From positions 1,472,001 through 1,536,000 of the forward strand of contig CAVXXK010000001.1 in assembly GCA_963765675.1 (NCBI GenBank): a DNA stretch of 64,000 bases, given 5' to 3'. The stretch is from an uncultured delta proteobacterium. GTDB lineage: Bacteria; Desulfobacterota; Binatia; Binatales; Binataceae. Shown here in pieces: positions 57,950-64,000 of this stretch (its first letter is position 1; the number at the start of each line of letters is the position of its first letter). Position numbers and translations under genes: made by a program. The notes under the pieces were generated by a model. The model was not told the origin of the DNA. It made no database searches and saw only the letters and a list, made by a program, of their open reading frames with translations.

Positions 57950-58816
57950 ATGGACGAATTCAAGCATCACTACGCGAATCTCAAGGGCGTGCGCATCCAC
58001 TATGTGACGATGGGGCAGGGCGCGCCGATGGTCCTGCTGCACGGATGGCCGCAAACCTGGTACGAATGGCGCCGCCTGATGCCGCTTTTGGCGGACAAGT
58101 ACGCGATGGTTGCACCGGACCTGCGCGGGCTGGGCGATTCGTCGCGCCCATCGTCCGGCTACGACAAGCGCACCGTCGCGAACGACGTGTGGGAGTTGAT
58201 GCACAATCATCTCGGTCACCAGCGCTTTATCGTGGTCGGGCACGATTGGGGTGCGCCGACCGCATTTCGCCTCGCCGCGGACCATCCGAATGAAGTGACG
58301 CACCTGGTGATGCTCGATGTGCCGGTGCCCGGAGATCTTCCCGCCGGCGCCGGAGGCTCGTTCGATCCGCGTGGAGCGCCGCGCTGGCATCATCTTTTTC
58401 ATCAGGTGCCCGACCTGCCAGAAGCGCTGACGACCGGGCGCGAGCGGACCTACCTGGAATTCTTCTTCATGAATGGAATCGATCAGGCGGGCACGTTTTC
58501 CGACGAAGATATTGCGGAGTACGTCCGCACTTATTCGCAGCCGGGCGCGATGCGGGCGGGATTCAATTTCTACCGCGCGCTGTCGCGTGACGTTGAAGAA
58601 AATCGCGCGACTTTTGCGGCGGGATTCAAACTGCCGATGCCCACGCTCGGCTTGGGAGGAGGAGGACCGCGTGGCCGCGGCGAATTGGTCGTCGAGTCTC
58701 TCAAGCGAGTCGCAAAGAGCGCGGCAGGCGGCGCGATCGCGGATTGCGGCCATTTCATTCCCGAGGAAAAGCCGCAAGAACTCGCTGCGCGGCTGCGCGA
58801 GTTTCTTGGCGGATGA
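57950..58816 (+). CDS. Alpha/beta hydrolase, epoxide hydrolase/dehalogenase family
   Basis: LLHGWP, PDLRGLGDS, GHDWG (Asp nucleophile), CGHFIPEE. Confidence 0.9.
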   Translation: MDEFKHHYANLKGVRIHYVTMGQGAPMVLLHGWPQTWYEWRRLMPLLADKYAMVAPDLRGLGDSSRPSSGYDKRTVANDVWELMHNHLGHQRFIVVGHDWGAPTAFRLAADHPNEVTHLVMLDVPVPGDLPAGAGGSFDPRGAPRWHHLFHQVPDLPEALTTGRERTYLEFFFMNGIDQAGTFSDEDIAEYVRTYSQPGAMRAGFNFYRALSRDVEENRATFAAGFKLPMPTLGLGGGGPRGRGELVVESLKRVAKSAAGGAIADCGHFIPEEKPQELAARLREFLGG

Positions 58817-58869
58817 ATCGGATATGAGCGCAGATGTGAGGAGGTTGCGAAGCATGTGCAGCACCCGCG

Positions 58870-59595
58870 ATGACTAAGCGCGCAACCGTTCACGTTCCAA
58901 CCGAATGGCGCAGCGCGCTGGTTCGCGGCCGGTTCACAGTTCTATTGGTTTTGTTGCTGGGACTGGTCGGCGTGGTCCCGTTCTTCGAGGGACATAGCGG
59001 CGCGCTTGCCTTGGTGCGCCTGATGCTTTCGGCGGTGTTGCTGGCGGCGCTCTATGTGAGCACTCGGCACGGTCGCGATCTGATTATCGCCGCCGCGCTG
59101 CTGATCCCGGGGCTCACCGGCAGATGGCTATCGGATTATGGCCTCAACCCCGCACTTGAGGTCGGCGCCGCAATCTGCACAACCGCATTTCTCGCCTTCG
59201 TCACGACCGGAGTGCTGCGACAGGTAATGCGTCCGGGCCGCGTGACCTACGACACGATCAGTGGTGCAATCTGCGCCTACCTCCTGATCGGCGTCACGTT
59301 TTCGTTCGTGTATCTGGCGATGGAATTGGGCTGGCCGGGCGCGTTTACGCTTACCGGCTCGGTCACTTTGGCCAGCCTGGCTAAAACGCATGACGAGCTT
59401 CAGCGGCTCATCTACTACAGCTTCGTGACGCTGACCACGCTTGGCTACGGCGATATCATCCCGGCGATCGGGCCCGCGCGCGCGGTCGCGGCGCTCGAGG
59501 CGATCGTCGGCCAAATGTACGTCGCAATCCTGGTCGCGCGGCTGGTCGCGCTGCATATCCTGCATTCCGAAAGGGAGCGGGAGGCTCGCCAGTGA
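58870..59595 (+). CDS. Potassium channel family protein (Ion_trans_2)
   Basis: YYSFVTLTTLGYGDI filter; GAICAYLLIG. Confidence 0.88.
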   Translation: MTKRATVHVPTEWRSALVRGRFTVLLVLLLGLVGVVPFFEGHSGALALVRLMLSAVLLAALYVSTRHGRDLIIAAALLIPGLTGRWLSDYGLNPALEVGAAICTTAFLAFVTTGVLRQVMRPGRVTYDTISGAICAYLLIGVTFSFVYLAMELGWPGAFTLTGSVTLASLAKTHDELQRLIYYSFVTLTTLGYGDIIPAIGPARAVAALEAIVGQMYVAILVARLVALHILHSEREREARQ

Positions 59596-59604
59596 CGCCC
59601 GCGG

Positions 59605-61881
59605 TTACTTGGCGCGCCGCGCAAAGCCTTTGCGCCGGCGCCGGCGTGTCTTGGACTCTTCCTTCTGGCGATTTTCGAACAGATCGATCAGCGCCTGCTG
59701 GCAGTTGCTGGTGGGATCATCAGCGGCAAGCCGGACGTAAGTACCATCCGAGTGCATCTCCCACGCCGCGCGATTGGGCTTGAGCTGCAGATCCAGCACG
59801 GTGCGCAATTCCTTGCGCAGCGCGGGATCTTCGACCGGTGCAACCACTTCCACCCTGCTTTCGAGGTTGCGCTTCATGCAGTCTGCCGAGCCGATCAGAT
59901 ATTCCTCTGCACCGCCGTTTCGGAAGTAATAGACCCGCCCGTGTTCGAGAAAACGTCCGACGATACTGACCACGCGCACGGTCTCCGAAAGACCTGGAAC
60001 TCCCGGTCGCAGGCGGCAAGTGTCGCGCACGATCAGATCGATCTTGACCCCGGCGCGCGCGGCCCGATAAAGCGCGCGCGTGATGTCGGCGTCCTCGAGC
60101 GCATTCATCTTCATCTGGATCAGCCCTGGCGACGCCGGCGAATGAAGCTTGCTCTCGCGCTCGATTTTTTCGATCAGTGCCTTTTTCAGAAAGGCCGGCG
60201 CCGGAATGATCTTCTTGAAGCTTCGTCCGCCCCGATTCCCGGTGGTCAGGAAATTGAAGAGCTGAGTGAGGTCCTGCCCGATAACGTCATCGCAGGTGAT
60301 GATACCGAAGTCGGCGTAGATTCGCGCCGTCCCCGGATGATAGTTGCCAGTGCCTATATGCGCGTATCGGCGCAAGCCGTTGTAGTCCTGGCGTACGACC
60401 AGGATCACCTTGGAGTGCGTCTTCAGGCCCAGCACGCCGTACGTGACATGGATTCCATATTCCTCGAGCCGGCTCGCGAACTGTATATTTGCCGCTTCGT
60501 CGAAGCGCGCCTTCAATTCGACGACCACTGCGACCTGCTTGCCGTTGCGCGCGGCGTCGCAGAGGTAGCCGATAATCTCGGAATCGCTTGAAGTGCGGTA
60601 CAGCGTCATCTTGATCGCGCGCACTTTCGGATCGACACTTGCCTCGCGCAGGAAACGCCCCACCGAGGTCGGAAACGACTCGTACGGATGCATCAGTAAG
60701 ACCGAGCCGACCTCGCGGATGACGTGAAAGATGCTGCGCGAGGGCGTCAGGCGCGGATGGTCCACCGGATGATGCGGAGGATCGTGGAGGGCGGGATTAT
60801 CGACCGCCGCGAGCTCCATCAGGTCGCGCAATGCCAGCATCCCCTCGATCTCGAATACGTCGTCACGCTCGTTGAGGCCGAGCTCAGCGGCTAGCATCCC
60901 ACGATGCACCGGATTCATTCCCTTGACGATTTCCAGGCGCACCATGGGCGCGAAGCGGCGGTCGCGCAGCTCGGACTCAATCAGCTCGAGCAGATCGTCG
61001 GCCTCGTCTTCGTCGCGTTCGGTGTTTGCGTTGCGCGTGACCCTAAAAAATTCACATGCCTCGATCACCATCGTTGGAAACAACAGGTCGAGCGTGTGCG
61101 CGATTACATCTTCGAGCAACACGAAGCGCGTGGTGCCGTCCACCCGCATGAAACGCGGAATTCCCGCCCCGACCGGAATCTTGACTCGCGCCATCGAGGT
61201 GTCGGTCTCGTCCGGAGCGCGCAGCGTGACCAGCAGATTCAGCGACAGGTTCGATACGAAAGGAAAGGGATGCGCCGGGTCCATCGCGAGCGGCGTCATC
61301 AGCGGGAAAATATTGCGGAAGTAGGACTCGCGGATCGCGACGTGCTCGTCGGGCGTCAGCTGCTCCCAAGCGAGCACGTCGATGCCGTATTCGCGCAGCT
61401 TGGCCAGCAGAACCGGCAGCAACGCGCGTTGCTGCGCGTCGAATTCGCGGGCCTGCACGAGGCATTCCGCGATCTGCTGATGCGGGGTGCGCCCGTCGAC
61501 CGTCAACTCGTGCATCCCGGCGACCACTTGCTGCTTCAGGCCGCCGATCCGCTTCATGAAAAATTCGTCGAGGTTCGATGCGGTAATCGCCAGGAACTTG
61601 ACCCGTTCGAGCAGCGGATTGCGCTCGTCGAGCGCCAGTTCGAAGACCCGCCGGTTGAAAGCCAGCCACGTCAGCTCGCGGTTAAGGAACAGCTCAGGCG
61701 CGTTCAGTTCCGGATCGATCTTGACGATCGTGGGCGCTGCCCCGTCGCCCCCGGCCGGCCGCAGATCCGCAATCGGCTCCTTTCCAGCACGCGCCGGAGC
61801 CTTGGCGTCCGGTTGTGCCAAGGGCGCGGCGATGCCGCTCTCAGTGGGTTCGATCTCTGTCATCGCGGTCTGATTGGCCAT
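59605..61881 (-). CDS. ppk1: Polyphosphate kinase 1
   Basis: NRELTWLAFNRRV, SNLDEFFM.R, DPAHPFP, HPYESF, ELKARFDE, KTHSK, GTGNY, GRFLEH, GSAD. Confidence 0.97.
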   Translation of the reverse strand: MANQTAMTEIEPTESGIAAPLAQPDAKAPARAGKEPIADLRPAGGDGAAPTIVKIDPELNAPELFLNRELTWLAFNRRVFELALDERNPLLERVKFLAITASNLDEFFMKRIGGLKQQVVAGMHELTVDGRTPHQQIAECLVQAREFDAQQRALLPVLLAKLREYGIDVLAWEQLTPDEHVAIRESYFRNIFPLMTPLAMDPAHPFPFVSNLSLNLLVTLRAPDETDTSMARVKIPVGAGIPRFMRVDGTTRFVLLEDVIAHTLDLLFPTMVIEACEFFRVTRNANTERDEDEADDLLELIESELRDRRFAPMVRLEIVKGMNPVHRGMLAAELGLNERDDVFEIEGMLALRDLMELAAVDNPALHDPPHHPVDHPRLTPSRSIFHVIREVGSVLLMHPYESFPTSVGRFLREASVDPKVRAIKMTLYRTSSDSEIIGYLCDAARNGKQVAVVVELKARFDEAANIQFASRLEEYGIHVTYGVLGLKTHSKVILVVRQDYNGLRRYAHIGTGNYHPGTARIYADFGIITCDDVIGQDLTQLFNFLTTGNRGGRSFKKIIPAPAFLKKALIEKIERESKLHSPASPGLIQMKMNALEDADITRALYRAARAGVKIDLIVRDTCRLRPGVPGLSETVRVVSIVGRFLEHGRVYYFRNGGAEEYLIGSADCMKRNLESRVEVVAPVEDPALRKELRTVLDLQLKPNRAAWEMHSDGTYVRLAADDPTSNCQQALIDLFENRQKEESKTRRRRRKGFARRAK

Positions 61882-62114
61882 ACAGCACTCCCCGCAGTCC
61901 CCGAATAATACTATCGCGCCGAATGCGCCTGACGCGACTACCTCCAATGTTGGCAGGAACAATAGCATCGGATTGGCTCGTTGTTATGCGCGTCGCGATC
62001 TTGTAAAGGATAAGACCGTCCTATGGCTTGGTCCAAAAAGACCGCCGCCCTACTGCGATTTCTCCTTTGATCAAACCTCGCGACAGCAATAATTCTTCGC
62101 AAAAACTTCGTCTC

Positions 62115-62738
62115 GTGGTGTCCGCGACGCGGCGCCGCAGAAGGCGCCGACCGGAAGCCGCCGCGTCCGAGATTCTCGAGGCGGCTGAGAAGCTTTTGCG
62201 GCGCAAGCCGTTTCACGCGATTACCGTGGACGAGTTGATGACGCGGACCGGGCTCTCGCGCCCATCGTTCTACGAGTATTTTCGCGATCGTTACGACCTT
62301 GCATTGAAACTGGTCGAGAAAGTGCTCTCGGAAATGGCGCCAATGACCGATCGATGGTTCAGCGGCAAGGACGACCCGGCGGAAGATCTCAGGCGCGGTT
62401 TTGAGGGCATGATCGTCGTCTACCGCGAGCATCGCCATCTCATGCGCGCGCTGGCCGAGGCCGCGATGCAGGACCGTCAGGTCGCGCACGCATACGAAGT
62501 GTTCCTGGATCACATGACCAAATCCACCGCGCGCCGCATCCGCCTCGAGGTGCGCGAAGGCCGGACCATCGCGCTCAACGCTGCGGATGAAGTCGCACGT
62601 GCACTCGTCTTGATGGGCGAGCGGTATCTGAACGAGAAACTCGAGCGCGCTCCGAAAACCGAGTCTCGAGTTCTGACCGATCCTCTGATCACGATTTGGA
62701 TGCGCGTGCTGTACGGGACTCGCCCGAATCCCACGTGA
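62115..62738 (+). CDS. TetR/AcrR family regulator
   Basis: ILEAAEKLL...ITVDELMTRTGLSRPSFYEYFRDR; start uncertain (62028-62118). Confidence 0.9.
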   Translation: MVSATRRRRRRRPEAAASEILEAAEKLLRRKPFHAITVDELMTRTGLSRPSFYEYFRDRYDLALKLVEKVLSEMAPMTDRWFSGKDDPAEDLRRGFEGMIVVYREHRHLMRALAEAAMQDRQVAHAYEVFLDHMTKSTARRIRLEVREGRTIALNAADEVARALVLMGERYLNEKLERAPKTESRVLTDPLITIWMRVLYGTRPNPT

Positions 62739-62785
62739 TAGGCTACGGACGGCGCGGCCAACGCGCCGATGCGAGGCCGATTCCC

Positions 62786-63973
62786 ATGACTGAGTATTTG
62801 TACGATGTGGCGCGCCGCCTGATCGCTTTCGATACCGTCAGTGCGCACAGCGATGTCGCGGCGATCGAGTATCTCGCGGCGGAATTGCGCGCGCGGAAAT
62901 TCTCAGTCGCGCTTCAGCCGATCGAGCTGGGCAGCGTTGCGCAGGCCAACCTGGTCGCTTGGGCCGGCCCCGTGCGCGGCGACGGACTAATCATTTCGGG
63001 CCACGTCGATACCGTTCCGTTCGACGGCCAGCCCGGATGGACCCGCAATCCGCTCGCCCTGGAGGTGCACGGCGATCGCATTTTTGGGCGCGGCACAACT
63101 GATATGAAAGGCTTCATCGCCGAATGCCTGGACAGTGTGCGGCAATTCGATTTGTCGAAGCTCAAGCGTCCTCTGGTGTTTGTATTCACCGCGAGCGAGG
63201 AGGTCGGATGCCTTGGCGCGGAGAGAGTCGGACCCGCGATGCGCCAGATTCTAGGCGAGACGCAGGTTCCGCGGCTGGCGTGGATAGGCGAGCCGACCTC
63301 GTGGGCCGTCAGCCACGCGCACAAAAGTATAGTCCTGTTCGACGTTGTGGTGCGCGGCCGCGGCGGCCACAGCGGAGCGCCTGCCGCGGGCGTCAACGCG
63401 ATCGCGGTGATGGGCCGCGTTATCGACGCGATCGGGCGTATCCAGGAAGAACGCCGCGCCGAACCTCGCGCCGCGTTTCGCGCGATTTTTCCGGACGCGC
63501 CGTACGACGTCCTGAATTTCGGAACCATCGCGGGCGGGATGGCGCTCAACATGATCGCCGAGGAATGCACGCTCAGGATCAGCTACCGCTCGCTGCCCGA
63601 TACCGATCCGCTCGAGCTCTATCGCGAAACGGCGCGCCGCCTGCGCGCGCTCGATCTGCATGATTTCGCATCGCGGACCGCCGAGGCCGTGATCGATTTG
63701 CGGCCGCCGATGGTCGTGCCGCCACTCAACTCTCCGCGGGCGACACCGCTTGAGAGCGCGCTGTTCGAAGCGACCGGTGCGAAGGATTCGGGCGGCGTTT
63801 TGTTCGGGACCGACGGCGGATGGTTCGCGCAGTCCGAAATCATCTCGCTGATCTGCGGACCGGGCGAGATGGACCAGGCGCATCAGCCTAACGAGTACAT
63901 TAAGCGCGATTACTTCGAGCGCGGACCCTCAATTGTTCAGCGCGTTATCGAAAAGATTTGCTGCCGCGACTGA
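62786..63973 (+). CDS. argE: M20 acetylornithine deacetylase (ArgE-like)
   Basis: SGHVDTVP, GRGTTDMKGF, SEEVGCLGA, IGEPT, GHS, NMIA, FGTDGG, GPG..QAHQPNE. Confidence 0.85.
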   Translation: MTEYLYDVARRLIAFDTVSAHSDVAAIEYLAAELRARKFSVALQPIELGSVAQANLVAWAGPVRGDGLIISGHVDTVPFDGQPGWTRNPLALEVHGDRIFGRGTTDMKGFIAECLDSVRQFDLSKLKRPLVFVFTASEEVGCLGAERVGPAMRQILGETQVPRLAWIGEPTSWAVSHAHKSIVLFDVVVRGRGGHSGAPAAGVNAIAVMGRVIDAIGRIQEERRAEPRAAFRAIFPDAPYDVLNFGTIAGGMALNMIAEECTLRISYRSLPDTDPLELYRETARRLRALDLHDFASRTAEAVIDLRPPMVVPPLNSPRATPLESALFEATGAKDSGGVLFGTDGGWFAQSEIISLICGPGEMDQAHQPNEYIKRDYFERGPSIVQRVIEKICCRD

Positions 63974-64000
63974 TCGCGCTCAGCGTTTTCGCCAATCACC

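Noticed and set aside
34760-64000. attR copy of the tRNA-Ala 3' end
   Set aside because: No second tcagctccacca seen by eye in the window.
1-64000. CRISPR arrays, rRNA, prophage or anti-phage defence genes
   Set aside because: No regularly spaced repeats and no cas, phage or defence motifs seen.

Overview
High-GC bacterial chromosomal window with about 60 CDS and one tRNA-Ala(GGC). The gene mix suggests a soil deltaproteobacteria-like lineage such as Candidatus Binatota, but that is an unverified inference. Housekeeping genes include sppA, archaeal-type proS, trpS, nfo, nadK-recN, ppk1, an argE-like M20 enzyme and a Fur-family regulator. Accessory content: (i) a ~4.4 kb integrase-less islet (2000-6324) bounded by an att-like duplication of the last 8 codons of a GNAT gene plus a duplicated palindromic-repeat arm, with IS debris inside; (ii) a complete pqqABCDE operon just downstream of the tRNA, including a 50-aa PqqA that the ORF track misses; (iii) a lipid/polyketide neighbourhood with a single-chain BC-BCCP-CT carboxylase, an ABC-2 exporter with an unusual periplasmic insert, a type III PKS, an FAD oxidoreductase, a DUF748 bridge-like protein and a GT-C-like membrane protein; (iv) an ahpC-VIT1-orphan-dppBC-SBP operon with no ATPase. 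Five +1 frameshifts split four otherwise intact genes and are probably sequencing errors. All calls come from reading motifs by eye; no database searches were run.
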